DNA of 64,000 bases from an uncultured virus (IMG/VR IMGVR_UViG_3300039136_000054) (IMGVR_UViG_3300039136_000054), one strand, 5' to 3'; positions 18,912 to 30,463 are shown, counted from the stretch's first letter. Notes: generated from the sequence alone by a model not told the origin. Numbers and translations are program-made.

Positions 18912-21900
18912 TCAGACCTCGATTAAGAACCATCCGTCTTTTCCTGTTGGAACTGCAGTGTTACCGTCTGGAGTAGATGTACCAGCGAATACTAGTGCGA
19001 ATCCAGCGTTAGGTGTTTGAACAACTAGTTCACCACCATCATAACCATTTAGGTCAGCAGTATTACCTGTCAATAGAGTGGTTCCTGTGTTGTCAGTTGC
19101 ATTTTGTACTCTAATCGTAGATGGTGCTCTTACAATCAGCGAGAGGTTGTAAGTTAGAAGACCACCGATGTCCACGATACGAATCATGTCACCAATTAGA
19201 GCGTTTGTAGGTAGTTTAACAACGGTATTTTGAGTAACATTGAGGAAGTAGTTAACGTTTGCTTCTGCCTCAACTACAAAGTTGTCGCTGTACTCCCACT
19301 TACGTCCACCAGTTTGTGAGAAGTAGTTGCTAATGCCAGCGATATTGACAGCACCATCATTCTCAACCGAGAAGATCTTATTGCCACCAGAGTTGACTGT
19401 TAGATCACCACCATTGAGAGTCAGATCACCACCAGCAACAATGCTACCACCAAATGTTGATGTTCCTGTTCCTAGAGCAGAGAACGAACCGTAGGTAGTA
19501 AAGTCACCCGAAGAGTTGTTGAACTGAAGACGTGGTGTAGTGCCATCAGGTCCGAAGATATTGAAGTCACCACCATAGATCTCCAGATCACCAGTTGCGG
19601 TGTCAACACGGAGTGTGTTTCTTTCAGCGATGTTCTCGGATCCACCGTTAGTCAGTGTGAAGAACTGGGTCAGTTCTACAACAGATCCTCTTACCTTCAG
19701 AGTATCATTGGTGGTTAGTTTACCTTGAGTTACGGTATCACCAGTTCCACCATCAACAACGAACTTGTTAAATCCTTGTCCGACAGATAGTGTGTTACCT
19801 ACAAATGTGTTACCAGTTGTAGACTCAACCTTAAATACCTCGACTTCAGGATCACCACCGTCTGTGACAACCAGGGACTGAATGTCGGTAGATACCAATT
19901 CAGAAACCTTGACGATTTCAGAATTAGATAGGAGCAGGTAATCACTGGTGGTTAGAACACCACCAAATTCTGCAACACCGATTCTAACATCAACACTGTC
20001 TGCGAGGAGACCAGCGCCGCTGTTGATCTTAAGTTCAGCAGCCGCTACCTGATCAGACCAGATGTAAGTTCCTGTGGAAACATACTGACTTGTCTTGATT
20101 TGAAGGGAAGAAGCAGTTCCAGTGATGCCACCTTGAATTGGCCACGTACCATTCAGACCAACAATGTTAGTGCCAGAGATTGTAATAAACTCACCGTAAT
20201 CAGCACCAACACTATCGTTAGTTTCGCTGTTCCAGTTGATTGTAACGATGTCAGTGCCATCAGCAACAACCGTTAGGATGGAACTATCATTGATAGCGAC
20301 ACTAGATGTAGGATCTAGAGTTCCGCTATTATCAAAGTCAAATCCAGTGATGAACGAAGCATTGATCTGCTTGTCAAACTTGGAGATGATTGCATTATCT
20401 GGGTGATCAGTTCTAGCAGTTGTGCCATCTTTAGCACGAGTAACCAGAATTCTGAAACCAAGAGGATCAGCAGGGTCGGAGATATTAGTTAGACCAGCAA
20501 CCTCAAGAAGTTCGCTGTACTCTTCACCAACAGGAGAAATGTTTGTGTCCTGTCCATCTACTGCTGTGTCTCTTTCAATGAACAGTAGATCACCGATCTG
20601 GAAGTCATTGACAGAAGGTCTGGTGACTGGTAGCAAGTATACGTTACCAGAATCATTAGTTCCATTAACTCTGAAAGATAGATCAACACCGTTGGAGTTA
20701 CCCAGTTTCGATGCCTCAATGGTCAACAGATCGTTGTCAGAGTAACCAGAACCAGGAGATACTAGAGTGATGTCTGCTGTGCCGTCAGATAGAACCTGAA
20801 CAGTGAACAGAGCACCGCTACCTGTGCCACCAGTTGGTTGGATGAACGAGTATGTTTCGTTAGCAACCCATGTAGCACTCGACTCTGGAGTGATGCTATC
20901 GATTGCAGCAATCTGACCACCAGATAGGAGGTACTGATCACCACCCCAAGGTCCAACACCAGCAGTATCAATTTGTCTGCCAAGCTGGATGTACTTGAGG
21001 AACGTGATGTTAGGATTGTCAAGAGATCCAACGATGTGCTCTGATGCAGAAGTGCCGAATCTTGCTCTCTCAATCTCAATAATACCAGCATTTAGACCAC
21101 CAGATAGTTTGATGGTAGAGTTAGATGTGGTGCTACCTTGTACAAGTAGAGAGTTTCTAATCGTTGTGCGACCACCAAGTGCTGCAATGTCAACTGTAGA
21201 AGAGTTAGCACCGAGGGTAACTCTCGTAGTGTTCTGACCATCACCAACGTTCAATGTTGCTGCGGTGGTGAAGATTCTGGTTGCAGATGTGCCAGCAAAA
21301 GCACCGACTTCCAGAGTACCATTCAGTTTGGTCTGATATGTACCGATCAGAGTTTGAGAGTTCAGGTTAGGAGCAGCACCACCAATCTTGATAGAGCAAG
21401 CAGCACCTACTACATCTTCTACCGATGCAATGTCAACAAATGCGTTAGTAGAACGCTTATGTACCTCAAAGGTAGTTACACCAGCGTTAGCACCAATTCT
21501 CAAGGTATGAGAAGAAGTATCAGCAACATTGTTACCGATGTTGATAAGCTGGTCACTAGTGGTGTTGTTGCCGATGTTGAACGATTCTGCGTCACTAGCA
21601 GCAATCAGGAAGTCAACGTTCTCGGTCAGGAATCTGAATGTTTCAGCAGTAGAGTTGATGTCTCCACCGTCAACACTCAAGTCATCCTGTGCAGTGATGT
21701 TACCAGAGAATCTAGAATCACCGATTACAACGAAGTTTCTATCGAGTTCGGTAGATGCATCTAGACCGATGCTGGTGTTAACACCAACGCGACCACCTAC
21801 TCTGTAAGTAGAGGACTGATCGTTAGCTGCTAGATCAGAAGTTGCAACACGAAGTGTAGCGAAGTCATCAGGATCAGCACTGTCACCACCAACCAAGAAT

Positions 21901-24900
21901 GCGTTAGTGAGTGCGAAGTATGTCTTACCGACAGAAGGTTCTGCTAGATAGTTGTTCGCAGTTACTGCACCAACGTTGTCATAAGTTACGAGAGACTTAC
22001 CACTGATGAATGCGTTACCAACAACATCCAAGTTAGATCTTGGATCTGTTTCAGCAGTTACGGAAGCGGTGAGTACACCTTCCTTCGCCATTCTGCCGAC
22101 AGTGTTGATACCCAGTCTGTAATCACCAGGTACTTCAGTTCTCGTGCGAAGTGTTTCAGCACCAATGACTCCAGTCTCCTTCCATCTGGACTTGGAGATT
22201 TCCATCTTCGCACCAGGACCTTCATCAGCCCAGGTGTAGACGTTCTGTGCAATCTCATTGAAGATTCTGATCTTACAGGTGTTACCCGAAGCAGAGAATC
22301 CACCAGCAAGAACTGCCCAAGAACCATTGAAGAAGGAGTTACTGAAGTTGGAGATGCGTAGTTTTTCACCAACTCTAATACCCAGACCAGCGTTATCCAG
22401 ACCAGCAGCCCAGGTAATTGTAAGTTCTGAAGTATTGTTAGATGCAATGGTAAAGATCTGTAGATCACCAATTTCAGTGAAGAAGTTGGAGTATACCCAA
22501 CCCATCGAACCGCTACTACCAACTTCTAGACCCTTGTAGAGTACATCACCAGAAGAAGGTAGGATAGAAGAACCATAACTGATGTTCTGTAGGGTGTAGA
22601 AGGCAGTGCCACCTTGACCATCAGCCAGAAGACCAGTGTTGTCAGGAGAAGTGTTAGAAGGAAGACCACCAGTGTAGTGAGTTCTCCAGCTGTAACCCTG
22701 ACCAGGATCGTTTACGTTACCGCGTGGGTTAAACTTATAAACTGCAGCATCAATCTGGTTCTTGGTGATAATAACATCACCATCTCTAGTGTCTCTGAAG
22801 GAGGATCTATCTTGTGTAGGATCGTCACCAGTGTCAACCAGAGACAGGATGCGAAGTGCATCACCTTCTAGAGGATCGACGTTGATAGTAACAGGATTGT
22901 TCAGGAAGGTGTCACCCTCGATGGTTACCTTGTCATTGAAGGTAACTGCTGTATCGAAGGTAGTGACGAGTGCGCCGATTCCTTCATCGTCGTCACCACT
23001 GTCCTCAAGAACTGCCTGCTCAAGGAACGTCTCTTCGCCTGTAATAGCGTTGATCTTACGGTTACCGATATAGAGGTCACCGTTGGAGTTTAGACCCGTG
23101 TAGAAGACGATACCAGCGTCCTCACGCTTCGCTTGTGCGTAGAAGTCCTGCTTATCAGATAGAACGACTTCCTGACGCAGTGGGAAACCAGTTGAGTAGT
23201 TACCAGGACCGAAACCAAGGTATTCAAACGTATGGTTACCAGATCTTGCAATCGAAGGACGACGCAGTTCAGTGTAGAATCTTCTGTCTAGAGGATATAC
23301 AGAGTCACCAGAGATAGGAATCTGTCTGTTCTCGGAACCTACAGATGCGTTACCTTCTTGTGCTTGAATTCTGTTATCCAGAATCACACTGTTCAGATCG
23401 CTTGTGGTATTGGTATAATCAAAACCAGAGAAAGGTAGCGTTCTAGTCAAATCAATGATCGCTTCCTTCGTTTCACTGAACTTGTAGTCGTTAAGAGTAA
23501 CAAGACCGTGAACGTAGTTGTCAGCAGCCGCAGCAGATGCTGGGGGATCAAGAACCGTTGTATCTCTAGATCCAGTGTCAACATTGATCTGGAACCACAG
23601 TGGGTCATTCTTGTAGTCTAGAGGATACAGGTTAGAAATAGGTTGGGAGAACCTGTAGTAGTGGAAGTTAGTTCCAACACCAGCACCCAGAGGATATGGA
23701 GAGATGTTACCACGGACACATGTCAGATAGTAGATACCATCTTGCTGTAGAGGAATCTGCTCTTGGATAGTCTCAACATCAAAGATGTAGAAGGTATCAT
23801 CAATTTCAGGTACATCCTCTAGTGTAGTGACAGTGTATGTGTCGCCACCAGGTGTAGTAATCTTGTCACCAGGTACTACAGTGTAAACATTAGCGCCCTC
23901 GATTCTGTAGAGATAGTTCTTTCTATCAGATCTAGAGAGTTGTGTTGGATATGCATCAGGATATCCAGAAAGGTTGAAGAACGTACCGTTATTCTGAACA
24001 AATGTAGTGTCACTGTTAACAGAGTAATCTAGTTTTCCAGTGATGTTCTTAAGGATAACAAATGCGGTAGCATCTGCTTGATAATATCCGTGAACGAAAG
24101 CAGATCCAGAGCAGTAACCAGTCCAGCTAACGTAGTTAGAGTCATCGCTGTTGTAGATGCTAGTTTGAATACCTGCACCCTGTGGAGTTCCAATCTCAAC
24201 AACAGTGAAGATTTCATTCTTCAGTTGCTGGTTGATGATCGTATGATCAAATACAGTCAACTCAAGTCTATCCACCAGGGTTCCTGTACCTTGAGGATCA
24301 ACCTCAATGGTTCTAGCAGACTGGATAGTAGTTGCAATCTTGGACTCAAACTCGATCTGTAGAGGATTTTCGTATGGATCATAGAATCCACCACTAACAT
24401 CGACACTAGCGGCATCTAGGTCCGCCAGGGAGAGACCCAGCTGTTCACCAGCACGAGCAGGGTTAAAGAACTGTGCAACGTCTGGAGCGCCGTTGCTGAA
24501 GGGTTCTAGGTAGAACTTCTGTGGCTTCAGGCGTCTTCTGTCGTCAGTTCTTGTCTTAATGACATAACCATTGAGAGGTTCACGAACTGTCTGCAGATAT
24601 TGTGGCAGAACATAACGCAAACGATAGATTCTGTCGAGAGCAGGTCTTTCATCCAGAATTCTTTCGTACCAAGTATCTGGGGTAAACAGGTTACCAGTTC
24701 CATCTACAAAGTCGGACTGGTGGAATCTAGTGAGGATAGCATTAGGATCAAGACCACCTGCAGATTCAGGTTTGACATTCAAGTACCATCTTTGGAAGTC
24801 AACTGGGTCGTACTTGAGGGGGGAAGTCTTTTTATTGCCATAGACGATAAAGTCGCTTCCGCTACCTGAAGTAAATATGACAGCATTTGTGCCAGCTTGA

Positions 24901-27900
24901 GCATCCGATTGTGTGGTATGAACACTAAACTTCGTTTTGGTGATAAAACGTGGGTAGTAATACACATCTGTTGCCACGTCGCCAGCGCCCGAAATAGTTG
25001 GGAGTTGAGAACTTGCATCGCCAGATGTAGCGAAGAAAATTGTTTGTGCAGGGACATTTGGTACAGGAACGTCGAATACGTGTGGAATATCCGTTTCGAT
25101 GTAGATACCAGAGACATTACAAACATATCTGTGCAGATCATAACTTTCGTCAAGAACCTGTTGTTGGACTAGTAGTTCAACATCTGGGCTCATGCTCTCC
25201 GTTTCAGAAGAGTAAATGTAAATACCAGCAGCAGCGTTTTCTTTAGTAGCAGCAAGCATCAACTTGGTGCCTGCAGTATTATCAAACTCTGAAGTATTAT
25301 TAAACGAATTTGGATATGTATCTCTGCCAGGAGCAATTACATAGTATGGTCTGTTAGTCTCAAAACCACGAGGTAGTCTGACTAGGCGCTTATCAACGCC
25401 AGCATTAGTTGCTCTTGGAACAAGTCTTACAGGGGTTCCAGTTTGGAATCCATGAGGGTCGGTCTGTCCTAGACCAGTATCAATCGTGAATACAGTTGCT
25501 CTACCAATCAGAGCCGAAGACTCAATGATAGGTTCAACTCTAGTTACCTGATTAGCATTGCCATTGAGGACCAGATTGACAACATCGAAGTATCCTTCGA
25601 TCGCAGACGCAATGTTAGTACACTCGGGATACTCATCATCTTGAGTGATCGAGAGGTCAATGACTCTTTGAGCACCAGAGTAGATATTAGAATTCTCGAA
25701 GTACAACCATGCAGTTGTGCTATCTTGCTGTGGTTGATATGTCTGACCAGTGTTAGGATCAGTCAACACGATTGTGGTCGCATTAACAATCTGACCAATA
25801 ATTAGTGGACTACCACCGAGCAAGTTAGTACCCAGAGGAACAGCACCTTCGTTTAGAAGACCATTAGTGAAGTCAGATTCAGCATACTCATTGACCTGCA
25901 TACCAGGTACAAGACCAGAAGTGTCGCCAACAACAACGTTGGTGCTGCTGGTAGACGTGGTGCAGTTCTTGATTAGCAGTGTACCATTACGGATTACACC
26001 GAAGATCAATCTCTTCAGATAGTCATAAGCAATCAGAGTCTCGGTAAGTTCTCCATCAACATAGGATACGTTACCGCCAGAGAGGTAAGACTCTGCAGCA
26101 TATACAGTGTTAATGTTACCACCAACGCGAAGGTCTTTTACGACTGCATCAGTGATAAATCCGATGTCTCTTTCACACTTGGTGATAGTCAGAGACTGAT
26201 TAGTCAGCAGTGCTGGATAGAGATCAGTGATATATCCATAAGTTTCTTGTGCCAGATACTCTCTGTTCTTCTCGATGAGGTTAGCAGCATCATATGCCTT
26301 GTTAAAGTCATCGTTACCATCACCATTTAGGTCGAACAATACGTTCAGGTTAGTAGGTGTTAAGGTAGACAGAGATGCTCTGTAAGTAGTGATACCAGAT
26401 GGTTCTAGTGTGCCATGGTAAGTTTGCTTACCACCTACACCACCAGAAGGTAGTTTGACATACAGTCTATCATCTTGCTTGGCACCAATTCTGTATCCAT
26501 CGATGGATGCAGCAGGACGTGTTGCTGGATCTACGTTGATGTCACCTGCTAGGTATAGCTTGGTGTCGTTAGCAACATCGTTGGATGCTTCAATGTCAAG
26601 GGTGTAATAAGCATTCTTCTTGATTGCTTCCTGATTTGTATTAACAACCTTGGGAGGAATAATAGCATCGATGTAACCACCCTTGTCCTGGTTGAATGCA
26701 AATCCTTTGAAACCAATAGAGTGGAGCGAGGTGTTACCGAAGTTGGAGTTCGAGTTGGTGATAGACATGTCACCACCACTTTCCATCAGGAAGTGATCGT
26801 GGAAACCAACAGCGAAGACCGAGACGCACTGGATGAAGGAGTCATCAGAAGCACGAATGTGGAAGTTTCTCCAGTCATCCTTCCAATATGCATCACCCTT
26901 GGTGTGATAAGGAATCGTAGCGAAAGCATCAGTTAGGGATGCCTGATTCCAAGTGTTAGTAAATCTGTCGTAGCGGATGAATGCACGGTCGTCCTTCTGG
27001 AGCGAAACACCCGTGTACTGTGCAACAACCATCGACTTGAATCCAGTTGCCTTGGATCCATCTGCCCACATACCACACTGACCCCAGGTGGATCTGATGG
27101 AGCAGTTAAAGACGTATGGAGATGCAGACTCAACGGAGTCAATCTCTGCCTGAATCACCGCACTGGTGCCGAGACCATTAGCAGTGGTGTAAGTTGTACC
27201 AGAAACAAGTCCTAGACCAGCAGCGGTGATAGGAATGATGTATTCAAAAACCTTGGGGTTGTTGTCATCAATGCTGTCAACCTTAAATGTACCGTTGACT
27301 TCATCAGATAGACCACTGTTGATAACAGCGATGTACTGACCTTTGAAGTAACCGTGCTCAATCTTGGTGGTGACAGTTAGTCTAGAGGTTGATGTACCAG
27401 GGATATCAACAACTTTGATCTGCTCAACAGTTCTAGTATCAGATAGAGGACCAACAATTCTGGTTTCTTGTACCAGTGCTTCTAGTTCACCATCGTCGAT
27501 TGTAGGTTGGAACTGTGCAAATGCTCTACCAACTTTCTCATAGTATCTGTCTAGTTCATCATTACCCGCATAGGTCATGATGCAGATCTTGTGGTGAGAA
27601 TACTCGGGGATCTTTAGATCAGTAGAGTTCTGTTTATAGTAAACCTTACCTACCTTGTCTGCCTGATCATAAAGTGGAGAGTTCTCGGAGAGATCACCAT
27701 CCTTGATAGTGAACTGCCACAGATAGCAACCACCAGTTAGCTTAAAGATACCAGTTCTGTCTACATCTCCATCTACAGGATCGGGAACATACAGAGGTCT
27801 GATGATAGTACGACGGAGGTCATAACCGATCAGAGAACAACCTCTAGGAACAATACAACCGCCCTCGGTAGAGTTGAACTTGTAAAGTACGTTGTCGGGG

Positions 27901-30275
27901 TTACCTAGGTCAAGGATGCTGTCATCCTGCCACTCTTGGAGTGCTCTGTTGTAGTCGAAGATAGGAACAACACCAGTTACCTGAACCGATGCAAGAACAG
28001 AGAGACTACCAGCGTTGATAACGTCCGTCAGGATCGTCATCAGGGTCTGAATGTTCGTCTGAACATCAATACATGCACCAGGGTTACCAGACTCATCATA
28101 CTCGATGTCTGGAGTGAGAGCGTTAGCAATGGCAGGACCAGGAGAGATAGTCAGATCCTTGTCATACAAGGAGTTCGTGACTGCCAGTTTCATCATGTCA
28201 CGCGCTTTGTTGTAAGCGGTGATACTTTCTGCTTCTTCTCCAACAATAGCATCTGCTAAAGGATTGCCTTCTCTGTCAAAGTATGTCTTTGCAACAGAGA
28301 TGATGTTGCTGTTACCACCATTTCTGATGTCAGCAAGTACACCATCAATGATGAATCCGATGTCACGCTTACACTTCTGCTCACCAGGTGTTTCGTGATC
28401 AGTAACAGTTTCGGCAGGTAGTTGAGAGAGGTTACCATCAGTCAGAACGGTCTCAACAATAGCTGCAAGGTTGCCCAAGAAGCTAGCAACATCAGCACAT
28501 AGAGGAGTACCGTTAGGATCAGCAGTAATTGTAGAGTCTTTGGTGAATAGTTCATTCTGGAAAGCGGAGATCATCAGGTCTCTTGCTTTATTGAAAGCAA
28601 CAATAGACTCTGCCTGCTCACCCTCTAGAGAACCAGTAATGAAAGCGTTTCCTGCTTCATTGAAGTATGTCTTCAGATACTTACGAGTATATCTGTTACC
28701 ACCAGCAAGTGCAACGTCAAGGGAGAGAGCATCAATGTACTCACCAAGGTCACGCTTACACTCAATTTCGTTATCACTAGCGAAGTTGCCTAGGTTTTCA
28801 ACAGGAAGTTGAGATAGGTTACCATCAGTAATAACAGTGGTGAGAATCTGCGTTAGTGTAGCGATTGCAGACTGCACATTAGCACAACCACCACCATCTA
28901 CAGTGATAGTAGAATCCTGCACCAGTAGGATATTATTGACAGCAGACTGCATCAAATCACGCGCTTTGTTGAAAGCAACGATACTTTGTGCTTCTTCTCC
29001 TACAAGTCCGTTAGAAATTGGGGATCCGTTATCAAAATATGTACCAGCAAGGCGACGAGTGTACTCGTTACCACCACTAATGAGATCGAGCCCAAGATAG
29101 TCAACAAATAGACCCAGATCACGCTTGCATTTTGCTTCATTTGTCAGATCCGAACCTACAGTTTCTGCAGGCATTCCCGATGCGTCAGCAGCAGCAAATG
29201 CATCAGTAACGATCTGAACTAGAACATTGATTGCAGACTCAACGTTAGCACAGGAATTGGGGTCAACAGTGATGGTAGGATCAGTGATCGTCAACTGATT
29301 CTTCATTGCTTGGATCATCAGATCCCTAGCAGCATTGTATGCATCGGTAGTAGCAGCTGCTTCGCTTACGATGTAAGAGAACACACCACCGTCAAAATAC
29401 TTGAGGGTGAACTTACGGGTATACTCGTTACCACCTTTTACAATATCAATACCAACATAATCGATCAAAAGACCGATGTCACGCTTACACTTATCCTCAT
29501 CAGCAGGATCAGCAGTGTTAGCACCTGCCTGCATTGTAGTCCATGCAGTGTCAATGATCTCCTGTCTGTTCTGCTGAATCAGACGATATGCGTCCTTAAA
29601 TCTGTATACAGGATCGTCTGCAGGATCACCAGGGAAGAAGAAATCAGGGTGCGTTACAGCAATTTCTGCTGCTGCTCTATCAACAATCTCTTGCTTATTC
29701 TGCTGGATTAGACGATATCCATCTTTAAATCTGTACTCGGGTTCAGATGTACCGTCACCACCAGGATAGAAGAAATCAGGAAACTCTACTGCAATATGTG
29801 CAGCAGCTTTGTCTACAATTTCCTTACGGTTCAACTGTACTAGACGATATGCATCAGCATATCTCGATCCAGCATCAGTTTGGTTATCACCAGGATGGAA
29901 GAAATCTGGGTGTTGTACAAAAATTTCTGCTGCAGCACGATCTACAATCGTCTGCTTATTTGCCTCGATAAGGTTACCAGCATCAAAGAATCTAGACTCT
30001 GGATTAGCTGTGTCTACAAGACCAGGACGGTTATCAATAAAGTGATTACCAGGCATCAGCATAATGCTGAACTGGTCAAATCTATCATTATCCTTACCAG
30101 GTAGATAAGAATAACGTGCTACTTCAAGAAAAGCACGCTGGATGGTTTTAAATGGACGGAGAGGTGAATTGCCTCGGTTGTCTAACTCGTCTGTCGCATT
30201 AAAATCATCTGGTGATACGTATAGATACTTACCTGTTTTACTTGAGTAAAGGTTATCAAGTCTTGTAAGAGGCAT
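18912..30275 (-). CDS. Giant virion structural/tail-fibre protein (~3790 aa)
   Basis: Starts MPLTRLDNL...YVSPDDFNATD...PFKTIQRA, typical of giant cyanomyovirus structural proteins; CKRD(I/L)G repeats; perfect late promoter upstream; ORF track start 30299. Confidence 0.8.
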   Translation of the reverse strand: MPLTRLDNLYSSKTGKYLYVSPDDFNATDELDNRGNSPLRPFKTIQRAFLEVARYSYLPGKDNDRFDQFSIMLMPGNHFIDNRPGLVDTANPESRFFDAGNLIEANKQTIVDRAAAEIFVQHPDFFHPGDNQTDAGSRYADAYRLVQLNRKEIVDKAAAHIAVEFPDFFYPGGDGTSEPEYRFKDGYRLIQQNKQEIVDRAAAEIAVTHPDFFFPGDPADDPVYRFKDAYRLIQQNRQEIIDTAWTTMQAGANTADPADEDKCKRDIGLLIDYVGIDIVKGGNEYTRKFTLKYFDGGVFSYIVSEAAATTDAYNAARDLMIQAMKNQLTITDPTITVDPNSCANVESAINVLVQIVTDAFAAADASGMPAETVGSDLTNEAKCKRDLGLFVDYLGLDLISGGNEYTRRLAGTYFDNGSPISNGLVGEEAQSIVAFNKARDLMQSAVNNILLVQDSTITVDGGGCANVQSAIATLTQILTTVITDGNLSQLPVENLGNFASDNEIECKRDLGEYIDALSLDVALAGGNRYTRKYLKTYFNEAGNAFITGSLEGEQAESIVAFNKARDLMISAFQNELFTKDSTITADPNGTPLCADVASFLGNLAAIVETVLTDGNLSQLPAETVTDHETPGEQKCKRDIGFIIDGVLADIRNGGNSNIISVAKTYFDREGNPLADAIVGEEAESITAYNKARDMMKLAVTNSLYDKDLTISPGPAIANALTPDIEYDESGNPGACIDVQTNIQTLMTILTDVINAGSLSVLASVQVTGVVPIFDYNRALQEWQDDSILDLGNPDNVLYKFNSTEGGCIVPRGCSLIGYDLRRTIIRPLYVPDPVDGDVDRTGIFKLTGGCYLWQFTIKDGDLSENSPLYDQADKVGKVYYKQNSTDLKIPEYSHHKICIMTYAGNDELDRYYEKVGRAFAQFQPTIDDGELEALVQETRIVGPLSDTRTVEQIKVVDIPGTSTSRLTVTTKIEHGYFKGQYIAVINSGLSDEVNGTFKVDSIDDNNPKVFEYIIPITAAGLGLVSGTTYTTANGLGTSAVIQAEIDSVESASPYVFNCSIRSTWGQCGMWADGSKATGFKSMVVAQYTGVSLQKDDRAFIRYDRFTNTWNQASLTDAFATIPYHTKGDAYWKDDWRNFHIRASDDSFIQCVSVFAVGFHDHFLMESGGDMSITNSNSNFGNTSLHSIGFKGFAFNQDKGGYIDAIIPPKVVNTNQEAIKKNAYYTLDIEASNDVANDTKLYLAGDINVDPATRPAASIDGYRIGAKQDDRLYVKLPSGGVGGKQTYHGTLEPSGITTYRASLSTLTPTNLNVLFDLNGDGNDDFNKAYDAANLIEKNREYLAQETYGYITDLYPALLTNQSLTITKCERDIGFITDAVVKDLRVGGNINTVYAAESYLSGGNVSYVDGELTETLIAYDYLKRLIFGVIRNGTLLIKNCTTSTSSTNVVVGDTSGLVPGMQVNEYAESDFTNGLLNEGAVPLGTNLLGGSPLIIGQIVNATTIVLTDPNTGQTYQPQQDSTTAWLYFENSNIYSGAQRVIDLSITQDDEYPECTNIASAIEGYFDVVNLVLNGNANQVTRVEPIIESSALIGRATVFTIDTGLGQTDPHGFQTGTPVRLVPRATNAGVDKRLVRLPRGFETNRPYYVIAPGRDTYPNSFNNTSEFDNTAGTKLMLAATKENAAAGIYIYSSETESMSPDVELLVQQQVLDESYDLHRYVCNVSGIYIETDIPHVFDVPVPNVPAQTIFFATSGDASSQLPTISGAGDVATDVYYYPRFITKTKFSVHTTQSDAQAGTNAVIFTSGSGSDFIVYGNKKTSPLKYDPVDFQRWYLNVKPESAGGLDPNAILTRFHQSDFVDGTGNLFTPDTWYERILDERPALDRIYRLRYVLPQYLQTVREPLNGYVIKTRTDDRRRLKPQKFYLEPFSNGAPDVAQFFNPARAGEQLGLSLADLDAASVDVSGGFYDPYENPLQIEFESKIATTIQSARTIEVDPQGTGTLVDRLELTVFDHTIINQQLKNEIFTVVEIGTPQGAGIQTSIYNSDDSNYVSWTGYCSGSAFVHGYYQADATAFVILKNITGKLDYSVNSDTTFVQNNGTFFNLSGYPDAYPTQLSRSDRKNYLYRIEGANVYTVVPGDKITTPGGDTYTVTTLEDVPEIDDTFYIFDVETIQEQIPLQQDGIYYLTCVRGNISPYPLGAGVGTNFHYYRFSQPISNLYPLDYKNDPLWFQINVDTGSRDTTVLDPPASAAAADNYVHGLVTLNDYKFSETKEAIIDLTRTLPFSGFDYTNTTSDLNSVILDNRIQAQEGNASVGSENRQIPISGDSVYPLDRRFYTELRRPSIARSGNHTFEYLGFGPGNYSTGFPLRQEVVLSDKQDFYAQAKREDAGIVFYTGLNSNGDLYIGNRKINAITGEETFLEQAVLEDSGDDDEGIGALVTTFDTAVTFNDKVTIEGDTFLNNPVTINVDPLEGDALRILSLVDTGDDPTQDRSSFRDTRDGDVIITKNQIDAAVYKFNPRGNVNDPGQGYSWRTHYTGGLPSNTSPDNTGLLADGQGGTAFYTLQNISYGSSILPSSGDVLYKGLEVGSSGSMGWVYSNFFTEIGDLQIFTIASNNTSELTITWAAGLDNAGLGIRVGEKLRISNFSNSFFNGSWAVLAGGFSASGNTCKIRIFNEIAQNVYTWADEGPGAKMEISKSRWKETGVIGAETLRTRTEVPGDYRLGINTVGRMAKEGVLTASVTAETDPRSNLDVVGNAFISGKSLVTYDNVGAVTANNYLAEPSVGKTYFALTNAFLVGGDSADPDDFATLRVATSDLAANDQSSTYRVGGRVGVNTSIGLDASTELDRNFVVIGDSRFSGNITAQDDLSVDGGDINSTAETFRFLTENVDFLIAASDAESFNIGNNTTSDQLINIGNNVADTSSHTLRIGANAGVTTFEVHKRSTNAFVDIASVEDVVGAACSIKIGGAAPNLNSQTLIGTYQTKLNGTLEVGAFAGTSATRIFTTAATLNVGDGQNTTRVTLGANSSTVDIAALGGRTTIRNSLLVQGSTTSNSTIKLSGGLNAGIIEIERARFGTSASEHIVGSLDNPNITFLKYIQLGRQIDTAGVGPWGGDQYLLSGGQIAAIDSITPESSATWVANETYSFIQPTGGTGSGALFTVQVLSDGTADITLVSPGSGYSDNDLLTIEASKLGNSNGVDLSFRVNGTNDSGNVYLLPVTRPSVNDFQIGDLLFIERDTAVDGQDTNISPVGEEYSELLEVAGLTNISDPADPLGFRILVTRAKDGTTARTDHPDNAIISKFDKQINASFITGFDFDNSGTLDPTSSVAINDSSILTVVADGTDIVTINWNSETNDSVGADYGEFITISGTNIVGLNGTWPIQGGITGTASSLQIKTSQYVSTGTYIWSDQVAAAELKINSGAGLLADSVDVRIGVAEFGGVLTTSDYLLLSNSEIVKVSELVSTDIQSLVVTDGGDPEVEVFKVESTTGNTFVGNTLSVGQGFNKFVVDGGTGDTVTQGKLTTNDTLKVRGSVVELTQFFTLTNGGSENIAERNTLRVDTATGDLEIYGGDFNIFGPDGTTPRLQFNNSSGDFTTYGSFSALGTGTSTFGGSIVAGGDLTLNGGDLTVNSGGNKIFSVENDGAVNIAGISNYFSQTGGRKWEYSDNFVVEAEANVNYFLNVTQNTVVKLPTNALIGDMIRIVDIGGLLTYNLSLIVRAPSTIRVQNATDNTGTTLLTGNTADLNGYDGGELVVQTPNAGFALVFAGTSTPDGNTAVPTGKDGWFLIEV

Positions 30276-30311
30276 AATTAACCCAATCCTGCTGGACAAT
30301 TTCTTCTGGAT

Positions 30312-30319
30312 TATTTATA
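30312..30319 (-). promoter_or_regulatory. T4-like late promoter
   Basis: Perfect TATAAATA upstream of the giant structural gene. Confidence 0.75.
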
Positions 30320-30322
30320 CAA

Positions 30323-30350
30323 TAAAACCTCCCCTTGTAGGGAGGTTTTA
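30323..30350 (-). terminator. Intrinsic terminator ending tRNA transcript
   Basis: AAAACCTCCC-TACAAG-GGGAGGTTTT hairpin. Confidence 0.7.
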
Positions 30351-30388
30351 CAGCACACGGAAGGGTTCTGGTTTGGCAGTATCGCCAA

Positions 30389-30462
30389 CTCCTCCACCTG
30401 GACTCGAACCAGGAACCTATTGATTAACAGTCAACCGCTCTGCCTAATTGAGCTATAGAGGA
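30389..30462 (-). tRNA. tRNA-Asn(GTT)
   Basis: Cloverleaf TCCTCTA...GTTGA-CT-GTT-AA-TCAAT...GGTTCGAGTCC...TGGAGGAG. Confidence 0.95.
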
Positions 30463-30463
30463 A

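Noticed and set aside
18912..30299. Many short alternate-frame and antisense ORFs inside the large structural genes
   Set aside because: Expected by-products of codon bias; no independent support
30351..30388. Theta/HDV-like ribozyme after tRNA-Asn
   Set aside because: Only a 5-bp hairpin (TTGGC/GCCAA) is visible; I could not build the nested double pseudoknot
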